Positions 6,605 through 17,541 of a stretch of DNA of 64,000 nucleotides are shown piece by piece. The translations under genes were made by a program, and so were the position numbers. The notes under the pieces are model-generated. The model did not search any database. It worked only from the letters and a program-made list of their open reading frames with translations, and was not told where the DNA came from. This DNA is from a virus (lineage: Duplodnaviria > Caudoviricetes), in the IMG/VR virus record IMGVR_UViG_3300025141_000018. One strand, given 5' to 3'. How positions within the stretch are numbered: the stretch's first letter is position 1; the number at the start of each line of letters is the position of its first letter.

Positions 6605-8809
6605 TTATGCTTCCATTAGTTTAAAAAATACGGACCACTTCACGGACTGTCCTGTTTCACCGTAAAGCATAACTTTTAATTTGTGAGAGGATGTATCAGC
6701 AATAATATCTGCATTCCAATGAGTTGCTGAATTTTGGTATGTTGTTTTTGCATTTGAACCAACAATAGATAATGTACCAGCAGTATTATCGGCTACGCCT
6801 TCTACTTTAAATGCATTTTGTAATGTACCGCCTATTTGACGTCCGATAAAGCGAACATCAAAATACCATGCTTTATCACTAGCAGGTCCTATTTGAGCTC
6901 CGCCAAACACTATTTCTTCGCCAGTATTACCTGTTGTTGTGTGTGTAGCCGTATAAACTTGTCCGTCTGGATTTTGTGTTTGAGTTAAAGTCCAAGGTGC
7001 TCCGGTTGGAATTTCTATGTAATCAATTTGATCTACTAAACTTGCACCAGTACCTTGTTTAAGCCTTTTTAGTGTTACATCACCAGAAACATTGCTTTTA
7101 ATTAAACTAATAGCACCCGATGTTCCGGTATCACTAAATGAATGAGTAACAGTTTTCCAGTCCGTAGATCGAAACTCAAGAACACTTGTATCTGTATTAT
7201 AACGTAACGTACCGTTATTAGTTATTGTACGTTGTGCATCAGTTCCACTAGGAATAACTAACCCGCCTGTTCCTGGTATCCATGTATTATCTGTAAGACC
7301 AATAGTTGGATTACCGGCAGTACCGTCGCCTTGATTAATTGTAATTTCATTTGGTGTTCCGGTTAACGTTCGATATAATGGAGTATCGCCGGATCTTGCA
7401 AGTATACCTGTACCTGATGTAGAACTTAAATTTTCAATCCATGTTGTTGGTATAATGCTAGTTACTGTCCAAGCACCATTAAGATATACATATAATGTCA
7501 AGTTATCTTCACGTAATGCTAATGCACCTTCTAGTACTGTTAATGCTTCTAAACCTGCTTGTGAAGAAACAACAATTACGTTTGCAGTAGAACTACCCGA
7601 ACCTCCTCCGCTACTTGATCCGCCACCACTGCTTGAACCTCCGCCTGGTGATGTTGATGCACCCGAATCTTCGCCACCTGCGGCAGTAGTTTCACCAATA
7701 CTGCCTGTTGCACCTGGTGCAGTTTGTGATACAACGGTTGTACCTGACGTTGGCGTTGCTTCGCCATGTAATGTAGATGTTGAGTAGCCTGTTATATTAC
7801 CACAATAATCATATATGGCTGTTTTATCTTGTATTAGTGCATCATAGTTATTACCTTTTTTAAGTAATGCAATCATTTCGGGTTCTACAAGAACTTCAAA
7901 AATATTATTAAACTCTTGCCCTGCCATGCTTGTACCTGCGGCACCAGTAACAGGATAACCTCCTAGTTTATCAAATGTTGCAGATAAGTTACCAGCAACA
8001 TTTGTTGCATCTTTTACTCCACCTTTAAATGAAGTTCCAATTCCTTGTGACCTTGGTAATCCTAAAGAAGCACTACATTCGCCTCCATGTAAACTACTTC
8101 CGCCATTACTATATGCACCATTTAGTAATCCTTCTAAACTAATTAAACTTTCTAAACTACTAATATTAGAATTAACACTTGATATTAACGAATCTAAACT
8201 TGGTGTCGCAAAACTACCATCTAGGATAGCCGTCATGTTATCGCTTATTGATTTTAAAGCACCACTATTTAAACTAGAAAAATTAAACTTACCATCGAGT
8301 CCTACACAGGCACACATATTATCAGGACCTATTGCTCCAATAGCATTTATTATATCTGCACCTTTTCCTAAGAATGAGCCAAATGCACCTTCAAGCATGT
8401 TAGGAATACTTTTTGGATTTACTGGATCGGCACAAAAGTTAATCATGCTACCAATTGCGGCAACTTCACTTATAACACCATTGAGATTTTTAAGTACACT
8501 ATCAATGCCCGTATGGTCATTAAACGAATCCATAGAATCACGTAATGATTCTAAAACATCTTTTAATTCACCTTGTAATGGATTTTTTAATAGTTCGTCT
8601 AATGCAACCGTTAGACAAATTTGGAGGTTAGGTAAGAGTAAGCCTTGTCCTGCGAGCAAGGCACATATCATATCTTTTAAATTGTAACTATATTCGGCTT
8701 GTACACCAATTAAGTCAGAATCACCGAGTAAATTTGTAGTATTGTTTACTGTCGGGGATATATAATCATTAAATGATGATAGTCCGTTACTAAAGTCGTC
8801 GAATGCCAT
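6605..8809 (-). CDS. Virion structural protein (baseplate/tail-fibre-like, with Ser/Gly linker)
   Basis: Gly/Thr/Ser-rich; PGGGSSSGGGSSSGGGSGSS linker; fibre-like segments (RTLTGTPNEITI..GDGTAGNPTI, IPSGTDAQR...GTLRYNTD); follows the PAAR gene. Confidence 0.65.
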   Translation of the reverse strand: MAFDDFSNGLSSFNDYISPTVNNTTNLLGDSDLIGVQAEYSYNLKDMICALLAGQGLLLPNLQICLTVALDELLKNPLQGELKDVLESLRDSMDSFNDHTGIDSVLKNLNGVISEVAAIGSMINFCADPVNPKSIPNMLEGAFGSFLGKGADIINAIGAIGPDNMCACVGLDGKFNFSSLNSGALKSISDNMTAILDGSFATPSLDSLISSVNSNISSLESLISLEGLLNGAYSNGGSSLHGGECSASLGLPRSQGIGTSFKGGVKDATNVAGNLSATFDKLGGYPVTGAAGTSMAGQEFNNIFEVLVEPEMIALLKKGNNYDALIQDKTAIYDYCGNITGYSTSTLHGEATPTSGTTVVSQTAPGATGSIGETTAAGGEDSGASTSPGGGSSSGGGSSSGGGSGSSTANVIVVSSQAGLEALTVLEGALALREDNLTLYVYLNGAWTVTSIIPTTWIENLSSTSGTGILARSGDTPLYRTLTGTPNEITINQGDGTAGNPTIGLTDNTWIPGTGGLVIPSGTDAQRTITNNGTLRYNTDTSVLEFRSTDWKTVTHSFSDTGTSGAISLIKSNVSGDVTLKRLKQGTGASLVDQIDYIEIPTGAPWTLTQTQNPDGQVYTATHTTTGNTGEEIVFGGAQIGPASDKAWYFDVRFIGRQIGGTLQNAFKVEGVADNTAGTLSIVGSNAKTTYQNSATHWNADIIADTSSHKLKVMLYGETGQSVKWSVFFKLMEA

Positions 8810-8814
8810 TCATG

Positions 8815-9105
8815 TTACCCGTCTGCAAATACATCTGGGCTTCCATCAATACGTACATGACCACAAGAATCAGGATCTCCTTGCCTATTAACAGGAATAT
8901 TGTTTGCAAAAACAGTTCCACTTCCGCTTGTAGTTTTCCATACCTTGTCCTTGTGTGGATAAGTCCACGGATAATGAAATGTTCCCATACTACCATCAAC
9001 TGCTACTTCTAAATTATTAGCAAAAACAGTTGCTTGAGGTATTAAATCTATTATACCCGGAGGCGTTGCATTATTTTTATCTGATTTTCGTTGTACTTGT
9101 GGCAT
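8815..9105 (-). CDS. PAAR-like baseplate spike tip protein (T4 gp5.4-like)
   Basis: TVFANNLEVAVDG...H...GSGTVFANNIPVNRQGDPDSCGH..IDGSPDVFADG. Confidence 0.85.
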   Translation of the reverse strand: MPQVQRKSDKNNATPPGIIDLIPQATVFANNLEVAVDGSMGTFHYPWTYPHKDKVWKTTSGSGTVFANNIPVNRQGDPDSCGHVRIDGSPDVFADG

Positions 9106-9380
9106 TAGAGCACTATCCCAGTTGTTGCTTCAATATATTTATCGGCTAATTCTTTAACCGCCGGAGCCATTGCAACAATTTGATCTTTGTTAATCCAAAC
9201 TTTACTATTATCGCCTGTTGCAGGCCATTTAACCATTGCTACACCTTGCGTTGTTCCTTGCAAAGTCATTGAATTTTTTATATACTGAGCTCCATCTTCT
9301 GTAGACAGGCGGCCTATAACTTCATTGCCGCCTGCTAAACTTATAGACATTACTTGATCTTTGTCTTTACTTACTAGCAT
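9105..9380 (-). CDS. Hypothetical protein, possibly Sm-like beta fold
   Basis: 91 aa; pattern SISLAGGNEVIGRL...INKDQIVAMAP...KYIEATTGIVL. Confidence 0.6.
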   Translation of the reverse strand: MLVSKDKDQVMSISLAGGNEVIGRLSTEDGAQYIKNSMTLQGTTQGVAMVKWPATGDNSKVWINKDQIVAMAPAVKELADKYIEATTGIVL

Positions 9381-11367
9381 ATTCCTCGTTTTGAGTAGGT
9401 ATATCCATTAATTCTGTTAAGTCAACAGATTCGCAACCACCAGTATCAGCAGAACAGGCTAATTCCTGCGACCCTGCTGTAAAATCGCTTTTTTCAAAAT
9501 TTGAAAGTTTAGTCCAATCAACGCCTTTAGGCATATTAATTAAACCTGCTTTAAATTCTTTTTCATTGCAATCTTGATACGGTGCTTGTCTATATGTATG
9601 TTCGCTAAATGGCAAGAACGAAACGCCACTTACCGAATCGAAGTGTTCCCAAACCCAATTACCAACTTCCATCCATTCGTCTTCTTTAACAGAGATAGTT
9701 ACAGATGGTTTGTGTTCACACCAATGAGTTTGATACGTCATCCAAAGTTTTAATTGATCTACTGCCGACATATCAGTTCTAAATACCGAATCTTTTGGTG
9801 CTGACATTGGAAAACTAAAAACAGTTGTATGATTAGGTTTCATAACATCGGGTTCATTTGGAAAGCCTTCATCCATCATGAATTTACATAATGGATCTTT
9901 ATTGTCTGCTCTTACAGTACGGATATAATAAGGATTATGACGGGCATGAATACCAGAAGCAGAATCAACGAGCTGAGACACAGTACCACTAGGTTTGACA
10001 CAAGTAACACTGGCTGACTGATTAATTCCGAGTCTTTCTGCCCATTCTTTGTTTGTTCTGACAGCGACATTTCGTAATCCTTCCAATAGTGATTCTAATC
10101 CTTTTTTCTTTCCATTGGTTAACGGACTATCCATTATTCCTGTGAGGCTAACTCCAAGAAGTCGTTCCTCCTCGCAATTTCTGTTCCATTCTTTTGTGAG
10201 GTATTTAAAGTTAGTAAGGGTTGATTGAAAAGTTCCAAGGATAGTTGCAATTCGTACTTTCTCTTCCAGAGATTCAACATTGTCCCCTCTTCTGATAACG
10301 CATTCACTAAGGTTGCAGAATTCGCGGGACCGTAAAATGATTTCAGAGCACGGATTTGTGCCAAAGTCATGTCCAGGATCTCGTCGTTGTCCTTCATCGC
10401 CGTTCCTTTCATTAATTCTTTGCACTTGTGTCTGTGCAGATTTTCCGTTATAAACACCACGTTCACCGGATTTACTGTCATATAAACTAAGCCATTCTCT
10501 CATGAATGTGCCTATGTCTGGTTTGCCTTGATAGTTAACCGAATTATTTGCTAAAGCCCTCTGTCCATGTTGCTCCCACCAATTACCTGTTTTTGCAAAT
10601 CGTAATTCTCTATCATTTAGATCAGATAAACTAATTAATGCACTACGTCTAACACCGCCTACAACAACAATTTCTGCTGTCTTACATACAATGTCGTGTG
10701 CTTCTATAGGTTTTAACTTTCGTCCTGCCGCTTGTTTAAATGTAGCAACAGTAAAATGAAACAAGTCATTAAGAGGCGCCGGTCCTGACGCTCTTCCACC
10801 AAATGTTTTTAATGGTGCTCCTGCTTCTCTAATTTTAGACAAATCCCATTTTGGAACTTGGCCTGTCCATACTAAGCCTAGCAATTCTTTAAATGCTTTT
10901 GCCCAACCTAACTTACTATCAGCAACAACTATTGTTGTATCTGTTGGCCAAAATTCACTAGCAACCGCTGGCATTTTGTCTGTAAATTTACTTTCAACAC
11001 TAAAACCTACGCCTGTACCATTCATCAATATGTATAAAATCTCATCAAATGATCTTGGGTGATCTACTGCGACATATGAGCAATTATATCCTGCAACATT
11101 TTCTCGTTTTAATGCTTCTCCTGCAGTCATCATGCATCGCATACTCGGCATAACTTCTAATTTAAGAACTGCTTGTTCTAGTTCTTTACGTTCTTCTTTT
11201 TTTAATGTGTAGCCACATTCTTCTTTAATATGATTTTCAAAAAAATCAAAATAACGGGCAACAGTTTCGTTCCACGTTTCTCTTCTCTCTTTTTCATAGT
11301 CCCATCGTGCATACCTGGACAAATGAATAAATGATTGGTATTCGGTAGGTAAACCAGACATCAACAC
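9367..11367 (-). CDS. nrdJ: Ribonucleotide reductase, most likely class II (adenosylcobalamin-dependent)
   Basis: VMPSMR, YNCSY, TNPCSEIILR, FCNLSE, TCVKPSGTVSQL and C-terminal CSADTGGC motifs; no beta-subunit gene nearby. Confidence 0.85.
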   Translation of the reverse strand: MLMSGLPTEYQSFIHLSRYARWDYEKERRETWNETVARYFDFFENHIKEECGYTLKKEERKELEQAVLKLEVMPSMRCMMTAGEALKRENVAGYNCSYVAVDHPRSFDEILYILMNGTGVGFSVESKFTDKMPAVASEFWPTDTTIVVADSKLGWAKAFKELLGLVWTGQVPKWDLSKIREAGAPLKTFGGRASGPAPLNDLFHFTVATFKQAAGRKLKPIEAHDIVCKTAEIVVVGGVRRSALISLSDLNDRELRFAKTGNWWEQHGQRALANNSVNYQGKPDIGTFMREWLSLYDSKSGERGVYNGKSAQTQVQRINERNGDEGQRRDPGHDFGTNPCSEIILRSREFCNLSECVIRRGDNVESLEEKVRIATILGTFQSTLTNFKYLTKEWNRNCEEERLLGVSLTGIMDSPLTNGKKKGLESLLEGLRNVAVRTNKEWAERLGINQSASVTCVKPSGTVSQLVDSASGIHARHNPYYIRTVRADNKDPLCKFMMDEGFPNEPDVMKPNHTTVFSFPMSAPKDSVFRTDMSAVDQLKLWMTYQTHWCEHKPSVTISVKEDEWMEVGNWVWEHFDSVSGVSFLPFSEHTYRQAPYQDCNEKEFKAGLINMPKGVDWTKLSNFEKSDFTAGSQELACSADTGGCESVDLTELMDIPTQNEEYASK

Positions 11368-11433
11368 TCCTTTTAATTGTGTAATCTTGAATTGTATTTT
11401 ATGATAATGCTAATTGCATGTAAAAACTATTTA

Positions 11434-12105
11434 TTAGACTGATGTATTCCAGACCCGGATTTGGAAGAAAAACTCAGTTGCAGTGGCAACCGTATATTTT
11501 AAATCAACTATACTTGTCGCAATAACGGTTGAAAATGAAAATCCTAAGGTAGTTGATAAGTCCTCAAACGAATCGTGTAGACTTACTGCCGTTCCATCCG
11601 TAATAAATCGTAACGTACCAACTCTAAATGTTGAACCTTGTTTTAAAGAATAATCTAAAAACATGGTATTATAATATGAGGTGTTAAAACTGAAACCAGT
11701 ATTAACATTTGTACCGGAGGCTAAAGTTACATGGTGTGCTTGTTGAGCTCCACCAGTCATTCCAACTTCACTGTTATAACCTACTTTTACATTAGGGGAA
11801 CCTGTAGCAGTGACACCATTTACAAGTGTAACTTGGTTAGTTGCTAAGGTAAAATCTGTTGTTAATGCTAACTTACTGTAACCCGAGCCGGCATCGGCTA
11901 AAACAGTTAATGTATCAGGTTTAACAGTCTTATTGCTAAGAGTAAGAACTTGACTAGCACTTCCTGTACTTTGAAATGTTTCGTATGCATTGCCTATGAA
12001 TAGGCGTTGTGTATCGGTGGCGTATCCAAATTCACCTTCATTAAGTACTGGTAAATCGGCTTGGTTGCCTCGCCGTACCTGCATTCGTGCTGTCGTTGTT
12101 GCCAT
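11434..12105 (-). CDS. Tail-fibre/virion protein with tropism-determinant-like N-terminus
   Basis: RMQVRRGNQADLPVLNEGEFGYATDTQRLFIGN N-terminal motif; Thr-rich beta body. Confidence 0.7.
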   Translation of the reverse strand: MATTTARMQVRRGNQADLPVLNEGEFGYATDTQRLFIGNAYETFQSTGSASQVLTLSNKTVKPDTLTVLADAGSGYSKLALTTDFTLATNQVTLVNGVTATGSPNVKVGYNSEVGMTGGAQQAHHVTLASGTNVNTGFSFNTSYYNTMFLDYSLKQGSTFRVGTLRFITDGTAVSLHDSFEDLSTTLGFSFSTVIATSIVDLKYTVATATEFFFQIRVWNTSV

Positions 12106-12118
12106 TTATTATAAATCC

Positions 12119-12802
12119 TTAAAACGGGAGCTCTTCTCTACTTGTATTTAGCTCATAATATTTATCGACTGTTTTGGACCATTTATCTGCATATGATTCA
12201 AATTCCTCGCTTATATCAAACTCTTTAAAATTACCATCTCTATCCACCATTAAAATATAGCAATTTTTAATGTCTGTGTCAAACATTTTATTATGTGCTA
12301 ATGCATAGGCAGTACCTTGTAAAAAATAATTTTCTACCCATTCACGTTTCTTTATTTTTTTAGATGTTTTAAAATCAATTATTGCGGGTTCGCCTTTGTA
12401 TATACCAACTAAATCACTAGTACCAGCATAAAGTCCTGGATAAAAAAGAGTACATTCTACGCCCCAACATTCATCCATATTATCTTGTAAATTTGTTATA
12501 AGGGGCTTACTAATTTTTTCAGCCATTTGCCAAACCAAATTACCATTTGGTTTTGCCTCTACCTCTAACAAATAATTTTCAACAAGTTTATGAGTTGCAG
12601 TACCAAGTCCTGCCGCTTCTTTTTTAACTTTATTTGCTTCTTCTTTTCCTACACGTTTTTGCCATGCAAAAATTGCTGACTTATCAGATGTAGCATCTAA
12701 TATTGATGTTACACTAGGTAAGTTTTCGTCGCCAACTTCATATACGCGACTGCCTTTTACCATCGAACGTTGTGATGCTGGATAATCATATTTTGGTTTC
12801 AT
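12119..12802 (-). CDS. PD-(D/E)XK exonuclease
   Basis: LPSVTSIL, GTATHKLVE, YAGTSDLV...IIDFKTS and YFLQGTAYA motifs. Confidence 0.88.
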   Translation of the reverse strand: MKPKYDYPASQRSMVKGSRVYEVGDENLPSVTSILDATSDKSAIFAWQKRVGKEEANKVKKEAAGLGTATHKLVENYLLEVEAKPNGNLVWQMAEKISKPLITNLQDNMDECWGVECTLFYPGLYAGTSDLVGIYKGEPAIIDFKTSKKIKKREWVENYFLQGTAYALAHNKMFDTDIKNCYILMVDRDGNFKEFDISEEFESYADKWSKTVDKYYELNTSREELPF

Positions 12803-13371
12803 TTTACCCCGGTAATTAAGTTATATAGATAATTCGCCCATTCCGCGACGGCTTCTTCTTCATAATAACCATAACCACTAGGTTTAGGTTGCACCGTTCT
12901 ACATATATTATAGTATGTTTTGTAGCCTTTGTCAAGTTGAGATTTAATCTCGTATAACTTTTCTACTATATGAAAAACATAAACTTTATGTCCTCTATAT
13001 TCTAATAATTCTTTACATCTGTCTATTTGTATTTTTTGATAGTCTGATGCACTATTAATATCAAATTTATTGTCAAGCCATTGTTGATATATTTCATCAT
13101 CATCACTTGACTCTATAGATTTATTATTCCAGTACACTCTATCTGGAAATGTTGTCATAATAATAATTAATGATTTTTCAGTGGCAGGACTATTAGAAAG
13201 GGCAAGATGTATAATTTCTTCATTTGATCCAACTTCAACGCCATAATTTTCAACAGGCAAGTTTAATTTATTTCCTAGTAAAACAGGCCATGAGGAATTA
13301 TGATCTTTTAACATAGAACCTTTGGTATGTGAATCACCAAAAGTTTTTAATTTTACCAGTAAATTTTCCAA
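12799..13371 (-). CDS. SGNH/GDSL-like hydrolase, degenerate
   Basis: TFGDSHTKG block I and NYGVEVGSNEEI block II. Confidence 0.6.
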   Translation of the reverse strand: MENLLVKLKTFGDSHTKGSMLKDHNSSWPVLLGNKLNLPVENYGVEVGSNEEIIHLALSNSPATEKSLIIIMTTFPDRVYWNNKSIESSDDDEIYQQWLDNKFDINSASDYQKIQIDRCKELLEYRGHKVYVFHIVEKLYEIKSQLDKGYKTYYNICRTVQPKPSGYGYYEEEAVAEWANYLYNLITGVK

Positions 13372-13682
13372 TCGAAGGTGTTGGTTGTAACGGTGTCTGT
13401 TACTCTCTCAACTGTATAGCCAGCATCTACAAAATACTTAACTACACGGTCCATTTGATATTTTTTAGATCTATCTTCAACACTACCTTGCCATACGTTA
13501 TAGTAGGATTGTGCCGTTGCACCTGTGGTTGTCATTGTGGTGCCTGTAGCAATAGTCGATTCTAAATTCCCAGCGGCAACATCAGTAATAATTTGTGTTT
13601 CAATGGCTTTTATTTCACCATGTATAGTTGAATCTATTGATGTCTTTTTTCTTGCCTCTGCGGCATTCATATATGCACTCAT
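13353..13682 (-). CDS. Hypothetical protein
   Basis: 109-aa ORF overlapping its neighbours in the operon. Confidence 0.6.
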   Translation of the reverse strand: MSAYMNAAEARKKTSIDSTIHGEIKAIETQIITDVAAGNLESTIATGTTMTTTGATAQSYYNVWQGSVEDRSKKYQMDRVVKYFVDAGYTVERVTDTVTTNTFDWKIYW

Positions 13683-13999
13683 TTTTTAATCGCCTTTATT
13701 GCTTGTTTTTTTGCTGTCGCTTTCATTTTATCTTTTGATTTTTTTGCTGGACTCATTCCTAGTCCTGGGTCTAATGATATTTCGTGTTCATTAGCATCCG
13801 TAACTAAAGGAATAGAGCCTAATATTTCTATTAAGCTCACATTGTCTATATCAAAATTATCTTTGTGTAAATTGTTTTGAAGTGCTTGTAATGAAATTTT
13901 TGTGATGCCATTTAATTTAGCCATGCCCAAGAGATTAATGATAGTATCTCTTAGTGCTGATTCATAATCTGTGGCTTCTACCAAAGTTGCTAATTTCAT
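13679..13999 (-). CDS. Hypothetical protein, putative internal head protein
   Basis: MKLATLVE leader; Lys-rich C-terminus. Confidence 0.6.
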   Translation of the reverse strand: MKLATLVEATDYESALRDTIINLLGMAKLNGITKISLQALQNNLHKDNFDIDNVSLIEILGSIPLVTDANEHEISLDPGLGMSPAKKSKDKMKATAKKQAIKAIKK

Positions 14000-14013
14000 T
14001 CATTCCTGTCCTA

Positions 14014-14844
14014 CTACTTAACTTGCATTTTTAAATATGCGGCGGCTTTTTTAATTGCATCTACAGGAACTTTGCCATTTTCCATTTTATGTTCATAAAT
14101 GTAACGGCCGGCTTTTTCTAAAGATTCTTTAGGAATACGTCCGGTTGGTTCATCAATAGCACCTGATGCGGCTTCTGCTCCAGCAAAATCATCTTCAGTT
14201 GGAACATCCATACCCGGATCCATTGCTGGATCTGCTGGTGCCATACCGGCATCCATTGCCGGGTCCATTGCCATTTCAGGAGCAGGACCTTCACCCGACA
14301 TTCCTAATACTGCATTGTCCATTCCATCACGAGCAGACTTAACTGCATCTAATGCTGGTTGCAAAATACCTTCTGCTTGTTGGTTGAAACCATTTGCCAT
14401 TTCAATACCGAAACTTTGTTTCATAGCATCAACAATAGGCATTAATTCCTCTACTTGCATTTCTGCAAGATCTTCTGCCATACCTTGCAACTTATCAATC
14501 ATTGCTTTAGCGGCAAGAACAACTTCGGCTTGATCCAAATCTTGTTCCATAAGTGTAGCCAATTTCTGTGGCTTTGCACTTTCTTTGACTTTCTTTTTTG
14601 TTTTACGCATTGTGGGGCTCACTTCTCTTAGCACTTCTTCGTACAAACTAGCCTGCAATACATTTATTGCATATTCGGGAGTTGATTCAGACCCCGGATT
14701 GTTTCTTTTATCTTGTATATGTTCTTTTACTTTTTTTAACTTGCCTGAGGCATTAGTAAAATCTTTTATCTTTTTGCCAGTGAACGATTGCAATGCGGAA
14801 TTGATTGCCGTTGGCTCCGAGACAGTAATATCAAATAACTCCAT
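14014..14844 (-). CDS. Hypothetical head-assembly/scaffold-like protein
   Basis: Helical and acidic with Met-Asp-Pro repeats; late promoter at 14877; several xxES/xxEE sites. Confidence 0.55.
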   Translation of the reverse strand: MELFDITVSEPTAINSALQSFTGKKIKDFTNASGKLKKVKEHIQDKRNNPGSESTPEYAINVLQASLYEEVLREVSPTMRKTKKKVKESAKPQKLATLMEQDLDQAEVVLAAKAMIDKLQGMAEDLAEMQVEELMPIVDAMKQSFGIEMANGFNQQAEGILQPALDAVKSARDGMDNAVLGMSGEGPAPEMAMDPAMDAGMAPADPAMDPGMDVPTEDDFAGAEAASGAIDEPTGRIPKESLEKAGRYIYEHKMENGKVPVDAIKKAAAYLKMQVK

Positions 14845-14886
14845 GGTTAAATCCTGTATTTGTACGATGTTTTAATTATTTATCAA

Positions 14887-15480
14887 TTATAATGAGTTTA
14901 GTATCTTTCTTTTAATATCAGTAGCCTTCATTTTTACTTCAGTTAATTTGGCTTCATATATACCGTTTGGATTTGTTTTTACTCGTCGGCTTAAATTAGC
15001 ACCTTCGAATAATTTACCACCATACTCGTCGTCTAATTTAGCAACTACATTTGCTTTTGAATGGTTGTTTTCCATTAAATGTTTTACAATAGCAGATGCA
15101 GATGCATATAAACAGACATTTTCGTATAATATGTCTGTTCCTTGCATTATATTATAATACTTTTTCTTAATATTACCTATAGTACCTTGTATTTTTTCTA
15201 TAGAATATCCGTCTATTTGTATGCGATTTTCGGTTACTTGCATTGGTACTTCGGCTTTTACTGTTTCTACTGCATCATGTGTCGCATTTGTAAAATTTTC
15301 AAGTATTCGACGCATTTCAGGATCTTTACCTGCCATTGGTGCAATAGGTGTATCAGTTGATACCGTTGTTTGAGTTGTTGACGGTGTAGTACTTGCAACA
15401 GGTTGTCCACTTGAGGCGGCATTAAACTTGCTTAGTACATCCACCATACCTTTTCGTTCTTCGTCCGTAATTGCTTGCAT
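14887..15480 (-). CDS. Hypothetical protein
   Basis: 197-aa ORF in the late operon. Confidence 0.6.
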   Translation of the reverse strand: MQAITDEERKGMVDVLSKFNAASSGQPVASTTPSTTQTTVSTDTPIAPMAGKDPEMRRILENFTNATHDAVETVKAEVPMQVTENRIQIDGYSIEKIQGTIGNIKKKYYNIMQGTDILYENVCLYASASAIVKHLMENNHSKANVVAKLDDEYGGKLFEGANLSRRVKTNPNGIYEAKLTEVKMKATDIKRKILNSL

Positions 15481-15481
15481 T

Positions 15482-15673
15482 TTATACCTTTATAATTTGT
15501 CCGCCAATGTAATCAATAACTCCACGTGATCGCATTTTTTGCAATAATAACTTTTCACGTTCATCAATATCTTTATTTTCTTTTATGTTTGTATTAACAT
15601 ATTTAAAGAACACTTCGTGTTCTTCATTACTTAGCGGAATTGAAATCGCATTATCTAATTCTATAAGTTTCAT
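15482..15673 (-). CDS. Hypothetical protein
   Basis: 63 aa; MKLIEL leader; overlaps the upstream stop. Confidence 0.55.
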   Translation of the reverse strand: MKLIELDNAISIPLSNEEHEVFFKYVNTNIKENKDIDEREKLLLQKMRSRGVIDYIGGQIIKV

Positions 15674-17541
15674 GCCATGCCCCCTACTCTTTTGGCTCGT
15701 TGCATCATTTGACTTGCTACCATGTCATTAGTAACAAGAAATTCTTCTCCTGTATCAGGATTTGTAACTACTGCATTACGTTTAACTTCACTTCGTTTCA
15801 TTGTTGGAACAGGCTTCCTTGTTGATTGTGATGCTCCGGTTGGTGGTGCTTCTGGATTAGGATTGTTGCCAGCAATTCCGGGTTTTTGTTCGGGTGCAAT
15901 AGGTGCTAATTGTGTTGATTGTGTTTGTTGTGGGCTTTGCGGTTGACTAGGTCCTTTTTCTTTTTGTGCAGGAGTAATATATTCTTCAAGTTTTTGTTCT
16001 CCTAATTTTAATCCATAAAAATTACCAGAATGCATAGCCTGTTTAATGCTTATAATATCTGTAACATCAAGTTGATTCATAAATTTTTCTATTTGTTGTT
16101 CTGATGCATTTAGTTTTAAAACATTTTTAACAAATAAAGATATAATATCTTTATCTACATGATGATGTCCTTCTTCGTGACTGTATTCGGTTATTGATTC
16201 TTTTTTTAATTTGCTTGATTGCTCGCCACGTGTAGCATTGTTAAAAGCAGATTGTATTTTTGATGCCATAGTTGTTCCGTCTTTTTTAGGATTCCCAGAA
16301 GGTTCGTCAAGTGAAAATTTTCTTATTAAATCTTTTCCATAGCCTTTAGCCCATTCTTGAGCATCCCAAGATAATTGTTGTACTACTTGATCGGCAACAC
16401 CGGTTTGCCATTTTTCTTTATTTTTACGTTGAGCTTGGGTCATTTGATCTGTGTCTTTACCAAAAAGATACTGACCGTAATTCCTAGGATCCCATACAGA
16501 CGGACCTTTATTTGTTAGTCCGTCAAACGGATTAATATCAGTAGGTAAGGTATCTTTAAAGTCATCATGTTTATCGGTTATTCCTCTACTCCTTGTTAAA
16601 GGACTACTATGAATACCTATTGATGCTATTGAGGTAACATCCTTTATTGTATCTGCACGACGAACATCGACGAAATATTTTTGACCTTCTTTGCTATATT
16701 TGATTGCTCTTTTTCTTTGCTTGTTAAGACCCGGATTGTTTGTCTTAGTGTTCCAAAAATTAGCACCTCCATTATAACTGCCAAATGCACTTCCTCTTAT
16801 ATACTGGTCTGCTTCTATTTTTGCGTTCTTCTTTTCCCTCGTCATTGGTCCTATATCATAATTTCTCAACGCCTGAAGATGCCCTTGGTACCTTTTCCAT
16901 TCTTTAGTTCCTGGTTTTAAATTTGATTTTACTTGTTGTGTATAGGTTGGATCGCCTGATTTTAATTTTTCTTTCTTACTAATAAAATATAACATTCCAA
17001 TTCTAAATGGATCTATGCCGTCGCCCTTCCAGTTTACATCTTGTACTTCTATATTTGTATATCCTTTTGGTGCAGTTGGATCAACTGATTTTGTGTTTGC
17101 TGGTTCTACAAAATCTGTAACATTAAATTGAGTATCGTAGGCGGCCCATTTACGATTAAATTTCTTATCCTTTAACCATGAATTAACTGAATTTAAGCAG
17201 GTGCTCCGACATCCTATAGGACCATATGCTCGATCTTGCCAAGGACGTTCTTCGTAAGTTGCGTTACCATTTTTGTCATACCCGTTAATTTGAAAATTAT
17301 CTGCAACTTGATCTGGGTTCCATTTACTACCCATTTCCTGATTAATTAATGTAAGTGCCTCGGATCTAAAGTCAGCTCTAGAAGCCGCATCATTTCTAAT
17401 TAATTTTCTAGTAGTAAATTCATTTTCAAGTTGATCAATCCACCCCATAATAATTTTACCAGCCTTTTTTTGAAACTGTTTAGAGACTTTTGCGCCGACT
17501 TTTTTTGCTTTACTATACGTTTTTACTTCTTCAATACGCAT
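15670..17541 (-). CDS. Large basic hypothetical protein, putative processed internal head protein
   Basis: 623 aa; MRIEE leader; internal SITE and LEE sites; Gln/Pro-rich tail. Confidence 0.6.
   Translation of the reverse strand: MRIEEVKTYSKAKKVGAKVSKQFQKKAGKIIMGWIDQLENEFTTRKLIRNDAASRADFRSEALTLINQEMGSKWNPDQVADNFQINGYDKNGNATYEERPWQDRAYGPIGCRSTCLNSVNSWLKDKKFNRKWAAYDTQFNVTDFVEPANTKSVDPTAPKGYTNIEVQDVNWKGDGIDPFRIGMLYFISKKEKLKSGDPTYTQQVKSNLKPGTKEWKRYQGHLQALRNYDIGPMTREKKNAKIEADQYIRGSAFGSYNGGANFWNTKTNNPGLNKQRKRAIKYSKEGQKYFVDVRRADTIKDVTSIASIGIHSSPLTRSRGITDKHDDFKDTLPTDINPFDGLTNKGPSVWDPRNYGQYLFGKDTDQMTQAQRKNKEKWQTGVADQVVQQLSWDAQEWAKGYGKDLIRKFSLDEPSGNPKKDGTTMASKIQSAFNNATRGEQSSKLKKESITEYSHEEGHHHVDKDIISLFVKNVLKLNASEQQIEKFMNQLDVTDIISIKQAMHSGNFYGLKLGEQKLEEYITPAQKEKGPSQPQSPQQTQSTQLAPIAPEQKPGIAGNNPNPEAPPTGASQSTRKPVPTMKRSEVKRNAVVTNPDTGEEFLVTNDMVASQMMQRAKRVGGMA

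Noticed and set aside
7575-7660. Ser/Gly codon repeats in the 6605-8809 gene as a possible DNA repeat element
   Set aside because: Codons vary synonymously; this is a flexible protein linker rather than a DNA-level repeat.
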